Assembly: GCA_000165345.1 (NCBI GenBank)
Contig: CM000433.1
Coordinates: 32,001-96,000, forward strand
DNA length: 64,000 nucleotides
Reading direction: 5' to 3'
The notes under the pieces are model-generated. The model was not told the DNA's origin. It searched no databases and was given only the letters and a program-made list of their open reading frames with translations. How positions within the stretch are numbered: position 1 is the stretch's first letter; every line of letters begins with the position of its first letter. This document shows, piece by piece, positions 13,071-23,944 of the stretch. A program made the position numbers and the translations under genes.

Positions 13071-13776
13071 CTAGTTAATGAATGAAAAAGGGTTTCTATC
13101 AATGAAGTTTTTTTTAGCATTTAAATTAGAATTGTCGTAATTTTTATGTTCATATTCGGTAATATTATTTGGTTGAAATGTTTTGTATGGATTTTTAGAG
13201 TTATTGGTTTGGGATTTAGGAAGTGAGTCTTGGATTGATGATAAATTTAAATAGTAAAGATTATATAGAGATTGATTAATCCAAATACGATTAATGTATT
13301 TGTTTCTAATAAATTCTTTGAGGATTAAATGATTATTAGAATTTGGTGGAGGTCCTAGAGAATTAAAATCTCTATTTCCAAGAAATGTTAAGAAATCTTT
13401 CTATATAAGTTGAAGTTTAGTGAGTTAATAATTAATAGTTAATTTAAGAAGTACGTAAGCTTACTTTGTTTCCAAGACTACATATAAGTCTTATTTCATC
13501 AAATTTCCATTTAGATAGGGATATTCCTTTAACTTTATGATTAAACTCCCGGCTAAATAAGAAGTTAGTAGCAATTAAGAGCAAAATTTAAAGAATATAG
13601 AAAAAAATGACTTACTGAATACCAGAGCATACTGAGCATACAAATGTTCCAAAATTAATACATACATAATTGGGTCCAATTTCATTACAATTAGCACATT
13701 TTCTATTTTCTATACAACTTTTCTGAAAAGATCTCAATCTTTCAATTAATTCAGTTTCATCAAAGATAAGACTCAT
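13071..13776 (-). CDS. ArfGAP zinc-finger protein, 3 exons (13776..13616, 13552..13465, 13400..13071), about 192 aa. Missed by the ORF track.
   Basis: ATG at 13776. Exon 1 encodes ...KCANCNEIGPNYVCINFGTFVCSVCSGI and ends in CA. The 63-nt intron runs GTAAGT...TTTAG. Exon 2 begins with C, completing CAC, so the spliced product reads CSVCSGIH-REFNHKVKGISLSKWKFDEIRLI. That reconstitutes the ArfGAP CxxCx16CxxCSGxHR finger. The second, 64-nt intron runs GTAAGC...TATAG. Exon 3 carries the FIRNKY box (ArfGAP FIRxKYE). TAG stop at 13071. Confidence 0.7.
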
Positions 13777-14454
13777 AGAAAGAGTGACATTGAATTATTG
13801 GGTATTATTTGTGAAATGGATGATTCTTTAGTAAATAATATTCTAATTTGAGTTATAATTTTAAAAAAATCAAAAATTCTTAGGATGTAGAGTTTATTTC
13901 ATGTATAGGTTGAAGAGATAGATCATAGATTTCCATGAAATTCGACAATTTATATAATAATTTGTAGTCTTAATTTTTTTTTAACTTTTTTTTAAAATTC
14001 CCTTTTATTTTTAAATGAATTATATTTAACTTACATGCGATCAATATAAATAATTACATGCTTAATGGCAAGCGGCAAAGTTTACCGCCAGAACATGAAG
14101 AAGTTAGTGAATTGAATAAAGTAAGGTTAAAGAATAAACAAGAGAAATTGAGGAAGAAAAAAAGAAAATTATTGGTAGCAAATATATTAAATAAGGCAAT
14201 TGTTATTTCAGCAGGATTGATGTATTGTAAGGAGTTGATTGTGATATTATTATAACTATTTACTCAAGTTGATTAAATTTAAAAGTACAAGAAAAAAAAT
14301 TAATTAAATTTAAAAAGTGCAGAATTGGAGGTGTTACTTAAAGTGAGTATAGTAGATTAGATTAATTGAGTTGAGTTTTAAACCGAAGAAATTCTTTAAT
14401 TTTTGGATGTTTTACTATTAATATAGTTTCTGGTATATTATAGGTGGACGTAAT

Positions 14455-17181
14455 ATGAATGTATTAGATGTGGGAAAATATAAAGGTAGGACATTTGAAT
14501 ATATAGAAAAGAATGACCCTGGATATTCAAACTGGGTTCTTAGTTTAGAGTCTCCAACAAATAGAACTTTGGAAGCATTTTCAAAATATTTAAGAAATAA
14601 GATATCAAATGGAAATACAAAGAATGAGTATGGATTTTTAGATAAGGATAATTCTGGTGAGTGTACTATTATTAATAAATCAAAAATAGGGAATAGTTGT
14701 TCGTATTTGGAGTTAAGTAAAGAGGGAGTACCAAACTTAGTAATTGACTGTAAGAGTGAAAATGGTAATTTTAAGAACCAAAGTTTATCTGGAGAATGTG
14801 TGGCAGTTGTAAAGAATTTGAAAATGGATATTATGAAAAGGGATGAGCGGAAATTTGGGCATATTGGGAATGGCTTAGGGACAATTCAATCAAAATCTGA
14901 AGTAATTCAAAAAAAAGATAGTGGATTAGATAGTGCAATATTAGAGAACCATGATGAATTAGAGGATATTTTACAAAAATGTGAAAAAGAGCTTGAATTT
15001 CTGGTTAAAAATACTACAGTTATAGCAAATGGTTTGAATACTATATTATCTTGTAAAATGAAATTAGATTGTGGTATTGTATTTTCATTAGTAAGTCCTA
15101 CTATGTTTAGAATATCATCTGAAAAGAATAATAAATCTCAATTGTCTCTTCCAAAAATACTTGGGGATTATTTAAAAGAGTATAAGTCAAAAGAGAATAT
15201 TACATCAAAGAAGATGAGAACTTTGCATACAGGATTGCAAGGAATAGATTTAAAGCCTTATTCTAGTACATTTACATTTCCAGGTATATATTATGAAAAG
15301 CTAATTAAGAATATTTCAGATAGATTTGAATGTCCAATAATTCCAATACCTGATTTTATATTGGATAGATTTCCAGATTTTAAAAAATATGAGATTGAAG
15401 ATTTTGATGGAGATTTTGAAAGAATATCAAATTTAACTCCTAAATACAATCCAGATACAGTAGATTTACCAGACTGTAATTTATGTAAAGGCTGCATTTA
15501 TGATAGTATTTGTTATAATTCATTAAATCATTTAAAATGTAATTATCCAGGATTATATAGTTCATTAAGACCATTTCAAAAGGTTGGAATTCTTGTGGGT
15601 TTAAAAAAGCATGGAAGAGTATTAATAGGAGATGAAATGGGTTTGGGAAAAACTTTACAAGCTTTGTCAATAATAACATATTTTAGACAAGAGTGGCCAG
15701 TATTAGTAATATGCCCATCTTCAATTAGGTTTCAATGGTATCAACAAGCATTAGATTGGTTATCACCAGAAATTAATAAATCAAATATAACATTAATTCG
15801 TACAAGTAATGATACGTACAGTAGGAAATCAAATATAATAATAATTTCTTATGATTTAATAACTCGAAATGAACACTTTAGATCTTTTTTTGGTAGTGAT
15901 TTCCAGGTAGTAATAGCAGATGAATCTCATTTTCTCAAGAATTCAACAGCAAAAAGAACACAAATGATTGTTCCTTTACTTCATAAAGCAAGAAGAGCAA
16001 TTCTACTGAGCGGAACTCCAGCTTTAAATAATCCAACAGAGTTATATGAACAAATAAATGCAATAGTAAAACCAAATCCTCAATTTTACTCGGAAAAGAA
16101 GAATAAAGCAAAAAGTAATAAGGAAGAATTAGGTACAAGAAAGAAAAGAAAATCAAGAATAAAAAAATTAGCTTCAGATAATGATTTGGATTCAAATTCA
16201 GATATAGATTCAGAAAATTCGGATAATATAAGTTTACTTAAAGCTTTTAATGGAAAAAGATTGATTAAAAATAATCAAGAAATTCAAAAACAGCCACATG
16301 TGGTTTCTCCAAAATTTCCAAGTTATTTAGATTTTGCTCAAAGGTATAGCGATACTAGAATAAATAAATTTAGCCATAGGAAAGAATTCTATGGTAGCAG
16401 AAATACGGAGGAGTTACATTTGTTCATAAGAGAATCAGTAATGATAAGACGTTTAAAAAAACAGGTTTTACATGAACTTCCTCCGAAACAAAGAAGCAAA
16501 ATTCCATTAGAAATTAAAGATAAAGTTGGAATTAAAATGATTAAGGAGCTTCTTGCAGATCCTAATTGTCAAGTAGAGCTGTCAAATTTTGATGAAGATG
16601 ATTCATCTTCATCAATGTGCAATCTTCACAAACTTACTTGTGAAATTAAGATTAACCCTGTGCAAGAATATATTGAATATTTATTAGAATATAACGATGA
16701 AAAATACGTAATATTTGGCCATCACCACGTAATGCTTGATGCTATTGAATCAGTATTATTAAAAAAAAGAAAAACAGCATGCAATTCAGGCGGGCCATTT
16801 TTATTTATTAGAATAGATGGTAAAACTCCAGGAAATAAGAGGGAAGAGTATGTGAAGGAATTTCAAAATAATGAAAATTGTAAAGTTGCTTTGCTTTCAA
16901 TTACAGCTTGTGGCCAAGGTTTGAATTTGACAAGTGCCGGTACTGTAATATTTGCTGAATTATATTGGGTACCAGGTACAATGTTACAGGCTGAAGATAG
17001 ATGTCATAGAATAGGTACTCAATATTCATGCATTAATATACATTATCTTATTGCTGAGGAAACTTTGGATGATAAGATGTGGGGAACTTTATGTAGAAAG
17101 CAGAAGATTATGGCATCAACATTAGATGGAATAGATCAAAGAAAGAATGATATTCAACATTTTCATTTTAAACAGGGTTAA
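14455..17181 (+). CDS. SNF2-family annealing helicase, SMARCAL1/ZRANB3-like (908 aa)
   Basis: ATG at 14455. SNF2_N motifs are present: LRPFQKVGILVGLKKHGRVLIGDEMGLGKTLQALS, DESHFLKN, LLSGTPALNNPTELY. The helicase-C motifs LLSITACGQGLNLTSAGTVIFAELYWVPGTMLQAEDRCHRIGTQ closely parallel the SMARCAL1/ZRANB3 motif V-VI region. An acidic/Ser-rich insert lies between the lobes. TAA stop. Confidence 0.8.
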   Translation: MNVLDVGKYKGRTFEYIEKNDPGYSNWVLSLESPTNRTLEAFSKYLRNKISNGNTKNEYGFLDKDNSGECTIINKSKIGNSCSYLELSKEGVPNLVIDCKSENGNFKNQSLSGECVAVVKNLKMDIMKRDERKFGHIGNGLGTIQSKSEVIQKKDSGLDSAILENHDELEDILQKCEKELEFLVKNTTVIANGLNTILSCKMKLDCGIVFSLVSPTMFRISSEKNNKSQLSLPKILGDYLKEYKSKENITSKKMRTLHTGLQGIDLKPYSSTFTFPGIYYEKLIKNISDRFECPIIPIPDFILDRFPDFKKYEIEDFDGDFERISNLTPKYNPDTVDLPDCNLCKGCIYDSICYNSLNHLKCNYPGLYSSLRPFQKVGILVGLKKHGRVLIGDEMGLGKTLQALSIITYFRQEWPVLVICPSSIRFQWYQQALDWLSPEINKSNITLIRTSNDTYSRKSNIIIISYDLITRNEHFRSFFGSDFQVVIADESHFLKNSTAKRTQMIVPLLHKARRAILLSGTPALNNPTELYEQINAIVKPNPQFYSEKKNKAKSNKEELGTRKKRKSRIKKLASDNDLDSNSDIDSENSDNISLLKAFNGKRLIKNNQEIQKQPHVVSPKFPSYLDFAQRYSDTRINKFSHRKEFYGSRNTEELHLFIRESVMIRRLKKQVLHELPPKQRSKIPLEIKDKVGIKMIKELLADPNCQVELSNFDEDDSSSSMCNLHKLTCEIKINPVQEYIEYLLEYNDEKYVIFGHHHVMLDAIESVLLKKRKTACNSGGPFLFIRIDGKTPGNKREEYVKEFQNNENCKVALLSITACGQGLNLTSAGTVIFAELYWVPGTMLQAEDRCHRIGTQYSCINIHYLIAEETLDDKMWGTLCRKQKIMASTLDGIDQRKNDIQHFHFKQG

Positions 17182-17462
17182 AAATGAATTTTATATAGTA
17201 TATATATTGAAAATTTTTATTTAAAAAAAAAAAAAGAAAACATACATTAAATTTCTTTTATTTTGTAGATTTCTCTCCAACTCTGTCAATTATAATGATA
17301 AAACCTATTAAAAAGAATGATTATAATGTATTTACAATTCTTTTTTTCAACAAATGGTCGAATTATAACTCGATTTTGTGACTGTTTCATTATATTCAAA
17401 TTTGTATTTATAAAGGAATAATTTTCTAACGTCATATTTGAGAAGGTATTTGCACTAAAGTT

Positions 17463-17474
17463 GGGCGGGAAATT
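17463..17474. promoter_or_regulatory. GGGCGGGAAATT (reverse: AATTTCCCGCCC, E2F TTTCCCGC)
   Basis: An identical 11-mer GGGCGGGAAAT recurs at 34813. Confidence 0.35.
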
Positions 17475-17651
17475 AGTGTGAAAAATTATGTTTGTCCACT
17501 TAAAATAAATATAAATGAACGAGAGAGAATAGAAAAATAAATAATAAAGTTAAATTAGTAACTAGTTAATAAATAGATATTCAATTTAAAGTTTAAGTGA
17601 TAATTAATTTGTCATGAAGATATAAATGAATGAGGAAAAAAGAAATAATAG

Positions 17652-18137
17652 TTAATCGGCTCTGTTCTTTCTTCGTCTAATATTGTTTGAAGATATTTTA
17701 CTGTCTTCATTATTTACAGTTGTTTCCTTACTTTTCTCAGAATCACTAGAATTTTTATCAGAACTTGATGTTTGATTTGCTTCTGAAGATCTTAGCTGTT
17801 CCTCTTTTTCTCTTTTTCTTATTGATGAAATAACATANAATGCACCAACAATAGTTAAAACAGTAACAATATACATTGAATAAGTAGTAAAGTCATCCAT
17901 TTCTTCTGGTCTATAGAAATAAGCTTTCCATAATGCAGCTGAAGTTGCTGCTCCAATTGCTACCATACTTACATAATTAATATCATCAGACTCTGTTGAG
18001 GAAAGAGGATCAGCATCAATCATACCGTACAAGTTCCATATATCAGCAGTTCTTGTGTTATTTGTTGTTTGAATTGTTTTTTCTTCAATTTCCTCTGTTT
18101 TACTTTTATTATTATTCTCGTTATTTGAATTTGTCAT
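17652..18137 (-). CDS. Hypothetical small membrane protein (161 aa; one X from an N at 17838)
   Basis: ATG at 18137. The central hydrophobic segments VSMVAIGAATSAALW and YIVTVLTIVGA are flanked by N/S/K-rich low complexity. No recognisable domain. Confidence 0.35.
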   Translation of the reverse strand: MTNSNNENNNKSKTEEIEEKTIQTTNNTRTADIWNLYGMIDADPLSSTESDDINYVSMVAIGAATSAALWKAYFYRPEEMDDFTTYSMYIVTVLTIVGAXYVISSIRKREKEEQLRSSEANQTSSSDKNSSDSEKSKETTVNNEDSKISSNNIRRRKNRAD

Positions 18138-18446
18138 TTTTATTTGATTTAAAATTTAAAAAATTAATAAAAAATAATAAAAACGTATATCGACAACTTG
18201 AACAGAAATCGTATAAATTTGAATTAAATATTCTCTCAAATAAAATTTTTATTTTATATTTTTAAACAGTTAAATACAAAATAAATCTAGAAATAAACTT
18301 TAAACAAAAGAAATATTGATTTAACCGAAATTTAATTAATATATTTTCTCCTTTGTCTACTAATTTTATTCTTATCCAATTCAAAATTTGACATTTTACC
18401 GCTGAAACCTTCATTATTATCTCTCAAAATTTTCCAATTAGTATAA

Positions 18447-18505
18447 ATTCAAAGAGTTGGCGCCGCAAAAATACATGCAATAATCAAAATATGTTGTTGG
18501 CGCTC
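18447..18505. promoter_or_regulatory. Paired E2F-like sites TTGGCGCCGC and TTGGCGCTC in a divergent promoter region
   Basis: Two GGCGC cores 50 bp apart, between the divergent genes 17652..18137 (minus) and 18997..22854 (plus). Confidence 0.35.
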
Positions 18506-18996
18506 AAATTTACACAATATAATTCAGCGCTAATTCGTAATATAATTAATGAGGCTTTTAATTCGTACTAATTCGAAAAGAAAACAAGAAATCTTATTTT
18601 TTCAAACTTATTAAGTATTATTCATATGTTAAATTTGGTATAAACGAGTTTACAAGATTTTAAAAGCTTACCTTTAATCTAATGAATTCATTATTCATTG
18701 CCACAAAATTTATTGAATTCAATTATTGATGGTTTCCCTCATCAAACAACTTAAAAATTATTCAATAAATATATATTGAATAGATATACTTGAATTAAAA
18801 CAATAATTAAATATTTGTAAAAGTTATACATAATAAAATCTATTAATTGAATATTTCATATTGGTTTCAAACTTTAAGTTAAACTTGTGTAACATTAATG
18901 CTATATACATCTATATTTAAGATCTAAAAGTGAAGTATCAAGAGAAGAAGAATAGAGAAAACAGAATATAAAGGTCATAATAATAAAGATAAAAAC

Positions 18997-21900
18997 ATGA
19001 ATCTTTTGAATATTATTAAAGGTTACTTTATTATCTCATTCTTTTACATCTTAAAAAATACAAAATGCGAACCTATTCCATTAATGTATCAAGAATTAAC
19101 CTCGAGGTTTGGAGAACATTTAAAAACTAATACAAATAAAGAACCTCAAATTGATACTTATAAAATTAATAATGTTTGTGATGACCCAAACAATAAGTTA
19201 GAATTTCTTATTCAACATGTACCATTGGTTCATGAAGGTTATATTAACTTGCTATGTAAATGTATGATGATTGAAAGTGAAGGAGTACCAGATTTAAATG
19301 GTAGCCAATTAAGAGGACTCAATTGTACTTCAGAAAATAATCTTATTAATTCAAATTTTGATTTTGAATATGACGAAGACTTAAAAAAACTTAAGATTGA
19401 TCCTAAATTAATTCAGTCATTTAAAAAAGATTATATTGAGCAATCATTAAAATTACAAGTTATATCAAGTATTAATACAGATGATCAAGAAGAATTTTGT
19501 AAAGTGACTATGATCGGATTTAAGAATAACTTGGTATTTTTCCCAAAATTAGATACTGAACATTATTCTTTAATTGAACTTGGAACTTCATTCTGTCATT
19601 ATTTAGGAAAACGTAAAAATATATTCTTTCAACATCCTTCTCCAGTTACAGAAATTTTAGAAGGAGATATTTTTCAAGATGAGTTTTATTTTTATCCTGG
19701 TTACAATCAAATTGAAGAATTTGATAAAGCAAGTAAATACTTTAATGAGAAAGATCTTTTTGAATGGGAATCGTCAGAAGTTAATAATGATTTTGATAAT
19801 CAAGATGTTAAAAAACAAGATAAACTTTATGAAGATGATAATGATGATGAAGATGATTATTATGAAAATAAATATCATTTTATGTTTGAACCATTCTTAA
19901 GATTTTCTTATATAGCAAATAAACCTTATCCAAGAGTATTTATCAAATCAAATGTTCCCTATACAAAATCAATTACTGCATTGGATAGATCTATTAAAAA
20001 TAATTACTATTCAGTTGCTGGAAGATGGCAACTTTCTATTACACCTGGCTATTCTAGAATTAATCAAGAAAATAGTATTTTATCAATATTGGGATCTAAA
20101 TTTCATTCAATTAAAAGAGAAAAATATGTTTATGATAAACTCAAAGATATTGCATTTAGATGGAGAAAATTAACTTTTTCTGATTATCATAATGAATTTA
20201 GGGGTTGTTCAGTTGGAAGAAAGAATTCGATTCCAAGATTTAGAGATTCATTCAAAGTTTTTGATTCCACAAATATTTCTTTTAAAAGGTATCCATCTAA
20301 TTTACAATTTGAAACTGTTTTTGAAGTCATGAATTCATTTTCAATGTTATCTGATCAATTTAATAATGATAAAAATCATTGCTCATATTATGGAAATATA
20401 AGAGAATGTCTTAGATTAATCAGATCTAGAATTAGAGATAAATCAATTAATTTTGTTCTAGGTCATTTGTTAATTAATTTAATATATGAAACTTGGATTA
20501 CTTGGGGTAGTGAAATATGGCATATCTCTTCTCTATTTAATATTGAAAAGATATTTTTGAATTATTCAAATAATGATTATGATAAATATGATCCAATAAA
20601 TTCATTATTAACTCGATTATTTAATGTACAACCTTTAGTTGACGATAAGAATTTGGATATTATATCAGTATTAAAGAATAATCTTATTAATGATAATTTA
20701 GATACTTGTTCATTAGAAATGGATATATTTCAATTTGGTATTTTATCAATAAATCCAATATTAATTGATAAATTCTGGAATTTATTTTCTACAAGTTATT
20801 GTGCGATATCTTCAGATTCTGCTTTTATTACATGGATTGCAAATAAATACTCATTAAAATTATATAATAAAGAAATAAAAAATGATGATCAATTGAAGGA
20901 AAATCAACATCAACTTAAGAATGAAAATAGTAATAACAAAAAGTTAAAATCATGGTTAACAAATCCATTACCAACATATTTTGATGAAATAGATCCAGAA
21001 ATTGAAGTAGATATTGATAATGAAGTTAATGAAGAAATATCATTACCCGAAATTTTTGAATATAATGAATTGTTAGAAATATATACTAAGAATGATCCAG
21101 GAGATGAAAAAGAAAATTCTATTAATAGAAAAAAATTCTTTAATAGTAATTATTTTAGTAAAAAAAATCGATCAAAATGGATTTCGTTTATTGTAAGAAA
21201 TGTACCATTTAGAGACTCAACAAAGAAAAGCCTTGAATTTAAATGTGGTATTGGCTCTTGGCCATATAAAGGTGGAGAATATTCTTGGATGGGACAATAT
21301 TTATGTGAAGTAATATTTTTATCATCAAATTTTTATTATAAAGGATTTGATTTTTCAACTTATAATAATTACTATATTAAGGATAATAATAAAGAAATGA
21401 ACGTACATAGTAAATATGGAATAGCTAGCAAAGATGATATGAATGAACCATATTTAAAGAAGTTAAACAGAAATAGAATGATTGGTATAGAATTTGAAAC
21501 ATCATATCCACATAGATGTGGAATAGGTTATTTAGGGAATGAGTCAATGAAAACATTAACACCAGTGAAAGGAAATCATTTATTAAAGATATCATTAGGA
21601 TTTTGTATTTTGAATGGATTTAAATTACAATGGTTAAGTGATGATTCATTTAATATTTATACAGAGATGTTATATAAATATAGTCAAACATTAGAGAATG
21701 GATTAACATATTATGAAAGAAATGGATTTGAATTATCAGGTTCAGTTCAACAGAGAGTATTTTCAAATAGTACATGTTCTGGTATAATATTAAATGATAA
21801 AGCAATAATTGATGGAGAATTATCAAAATATAGTTTTAAAAGTCAAACAATGGAATGCCAGATATCTTTTGATCCAATAATAGTAACAGATGGAATAAAG

Positions 21901-22854
21901 AAGAATGAATTATTATATATGAGGGATAAATATTTTAATTTATTATATAATTTAAGATTTGGATGTGAACATATGGAATCAAAGAATAAAGGTAATATAG
22001 GAATAGATAATCATTGTTTGAATTTTTATCCATTATTGGAAAAGGTAAAATTAGATTCAAAAAATTATAAGTGTAAATTTGAATTAACAAAAGAATGGAA
22101 ATATTTGAATAGTAAATTTCCAAATGAATGTAAAATAGGATCAAGAATAGGTGATTGTCATAAAAAGTTAAGGAATGAAATAAAATGTAGTAGAAAGCAA
22201 AATATTGGATGTACGATTGATTTATTTTTAACAAATAACTTTATTAAACCAATAAATATAGAAAAGATATCAATACATTTTAATCAAATTTCTTTATTAT
22301 TAATGCATGGTATAAATAAATATACAAAAGATTGGAATAAAGAAAGTGTAGAATCAATACGTGATATAATATCAAATTTAGTTTCAAGTAAAGATTTGAA
22401 TTTTTACTTAGAAAATGGAGTGAATGGAATATTAAAGGATAGATTATCGTTATTTATGGATGAATATTTAAAATATAGTAATGATGATATATTGGAAGAA
22501 GCAAAAGAATTATTTTCATATTCAGGAATATGGTTAGATACGCATTCAATACCATTGTTATGGAGATTAGCAATGTTTAGAATTGAGGATATACCATTAT
22601 TTATAAGTAATTCAGATTTATTTAGTCGTATTTTTAAGAATAATATGTCATCATCAAATAAATCATTTAGAGTAAAATTGAATAACAATATTTCAACAGA
22701 AGATCACTCTTTGAGAGATAAGTATGAAATTTCAACAAGTATTCCACTATATTGTCCTTTAGCTATTGGATATTTTTGGATTGATAAATTTATGTGGCAA
22801 ATGTATAGATTTCCAGGATCTAATTTACAAACTATTTCACCTATTTCAGAATAG
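18997..22854 (+). CDS. Hypothetical large secreted/cysteine-containing protein (1285 aa)
   Basis: ATG at 18997. N-terminal signal-peptide-like segment IISFFYILKNTKC. Long uninterrupted ORF with non-repetitive composition and many conserved-looking Cys/Trp positions. TAG stop. No family recognised. Confidence 0.5.
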   Translation: MNLLNIIKGYFIISFFYILKNTKCEPIPLMYQELTSRFGEHLKTNTNKEPQIDTYKINNVCDDPNNKLEFLIQHVPLVHEGYINLLCKCMMIESEGVPDLNGSQLRGLNCTSENNLINSNFDFEYDEDLKKLKIDPKLIQSFKKDYIEQSLKLQVISSINTDDQEEFCKVTMIGFKNNLVFFPKLDTEHYSLIELGTSFCHYLGKRKNIFFQHPSPVTEILEGDIFQDEFYFYPGYNQIEEFDKASKYFNEKDLFEWESSEVNNDFDNQDVKKQDKLYEDDNDDEDDYYENKYHFMFEPFLRFSYIANKPYPRVFIKSNVPYTKSITALDRSIKNNYYSVAGRWQLSITPGYSRINQENSILSILGSKFHSIKREKYVYDKLKDIAFRWRKLTFSDYHNEFRGCSVGRKNSIPRFRDSFKVFDSTNISFKRYPSNLQFETVFEVMNSFSMLSDQFNNDKNHCSYYGNIRECLRLIRSRIRDKSINFVLGHLLINLIYETWITWGSEIWHISSLFNIEKIFLNYSNNDYDKYDPINSLLTRLFNVQPLVDDKNLDIISVLKNNLINDNLDTCSLEMDIFQFGILSINPILIDKFWNLFSTSYCAISSDSAFITWIANKYSLKLYNKEIKNDDQLKENQHQLKNENSNNKKLKSWLTNPLPTYFDEIDPEIEVDIDNEVNEEISLPEIFEYNELLEIYTKNDPGDEKENSINRKKFFNSNYFSKKNRSKWISFIVRNVPFRDSTKKSLEFKCGIGSWPYKGGEYSWMGQYLCEVIFLSSNFYYKGFDFSTYNNYYIKDNNKEMNVHSKYGIASKDDMNEPYLKKLNRNRMIGIEFETSYPHRCGIGYLGNESMKTLTPVKGNHLLKISLGFCILNGFKLQWLSDDSFNIYTEMLYKYSQTLENGLTYYERNGFELSGSVQQRVFSNSTCSGIILNDKAIIDGELSKYSFKSQTMECQISFDPIIVTDGIKKNELLYMRDKYFNLLYNLRFGCEHMESKNKGNIGIDNHCLNFYPLLEKVKLDSKNYKCKFELTKEWKYLNSKFPNECKIGSRIGDCHKKLRNEIKCSRKQNIGCTIDLFLTNNFIKPINIEKISIHFNQISLLLMHGINKYTKDWNKESVESIRDIISNLVSSKDLNFYLENGVNGILKDRLSLFMDEYLKYSNDDILEEAKELFSYSGIWLDTHSIPLLWRLAMFRIEDIPLFISNSDLFSRIFKNNMSSSNKSFRVKLNNNISTEDHSLRDKYEISTSIPLYCPLAIGYFWIDKFMWQMYRFPGSNLQTISPISE

Positions 22855-23055
22855 AATAATTATATGATTAAAATTAATCGTAGAAAATAGTAATTTAGCG
22901 ATTTATTATGTGTTAAAAATAATATAAATATAAAGATCTAAATATTACTAAATTTTGAATTATTAATTTACTAGTTTTTCTTTTCATTAATTGCTAATTT
23001 AATTACAATTTTACTTATTTATTTTAACAAAAATTAATTAAATGAAGAATTCGAA

Positions 23056-23067
23056 TTTGCCGCCAAA
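23056..23067. promoter_or_regulatory. E2F-like TTTGCCGCCAAA followed by ACGTG
   Basis: Fits TTTSSCGC on the forward strand. Lies about 260 bp upstream of the SelT-like gene. Confidence 0.35.
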
Positions 23068-23320
23068 CGTGTTAAATAATTTTTAAGAGAAAATGTCATG
23101 CCAAAAAAGAGGCGGTAAAAAGAGAGGGAATATGAAATTAATATAGTGATATTAATAATTAGGTACTGTAATTGTAATTCGAGTATAAGCAAAAATATAA
23201 TTAAAATAAAAAAAAATTGTAAAATAACTGGTGATAAAATTAAAAGGGTTTATATATATATATTTTTTTTAATAAAGAAAAATAAAATTAACTAATTTTA
23301 GAAATATCAAAACGTGAACA

Positions 23321-23944
23321 ATGAAGAAGGTTTCTACAATATTTTCGGCAATTATTATATCGTTAATCGCAATAGGGGTTGGATTAGTTAAATTTAATTA
23401 CTTAAATATTAGTGAATATGGACTTTTAGAAAAATTAATAACCCCTCAGAATGAAATACCTGATGATGTAGGCCCAAAAACTATGACAATTCAATATTGT
23501 GACACATGTGGTACACGTAATTTATATCAACAAGTACAAAGTTATTTAAGTTCAAGAGTAACTGATCCAGATTTTCAATTAATAGCAGTTAAATATAAAC
23601 CATCACCATTATATCAAGGATTGAGTTATGCAATAACAGCAAGCCAAGTTGGTTTGGGATTAAGTGCATTTTTATTCCCATCATTATTTACTCCAACAGA
23701 TCAACAGGGTCAACCACAGGGTGGCCCAAGAACTCATTTAATGATGTTGATATTTTTTGGAGGAAATATTTTAAGAGGTTTATTTACTAATTCAAATGCA
23801 TTTGAAATTTATTTAGGTAAAGATTTAGTTTACTCAGCAATTCAGAATAATAGTTCTGGTTATGCCACACCACCAACATTAGAGCAAGTCGTTACAATAT
23901 TAAATGAACATGGAATCAGTGTATTAGAAACTTTGACTGAATAA
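23321..23944 (+). CDS. Selenoprotein T (SelT/Rdx family) homologue with Cys in place of Sec
   Basis: ATG at 23321. N-terminal signal/anchor. The Rdx-family redox motif appears as IQYCDTCGTRNLYQQVQSYL (CxxC, TGT codons, where SelT has CxxU). A central hydrophobic stretch GLGLSAFLFPSLF matches SelT. The ~200 aa length fits. Confidence 0.55.
   Translation: MKKVSTIFSAIIISLIAIGVGLVKFNYLNISEYGLLEKLITPQNEIPDDVGPKTMTIQYCDTCGTRNLYQQVQSYLSSRVTDPDFQLIAVKYKPSPLYQGLSYAITASQVGLGLSAFLFPSLFTPTDQQGQPQGGPRTHLMMLIFFGGNILRGLFTNSNAFEIYLGKDLVYSAIQNNSSGYATPPTLEQVVTILNEHGISVLETLTE

Noticed and set aside
14058-14255. 65-aa ORF (MLNGKRQSLPPEHEEVSELNK...) in the spacer upstream of the SNF2 helicase, with a GTAAGG donor-like site after codon 21
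   Set aside because: Joining it to the helicase would need a ~325-nt intron, far longer than every other intron seen (63-85 nt). No candidate acceptor preserves frame. The remainder is K/R/L low complexity. It could be a uORF but there is no support.
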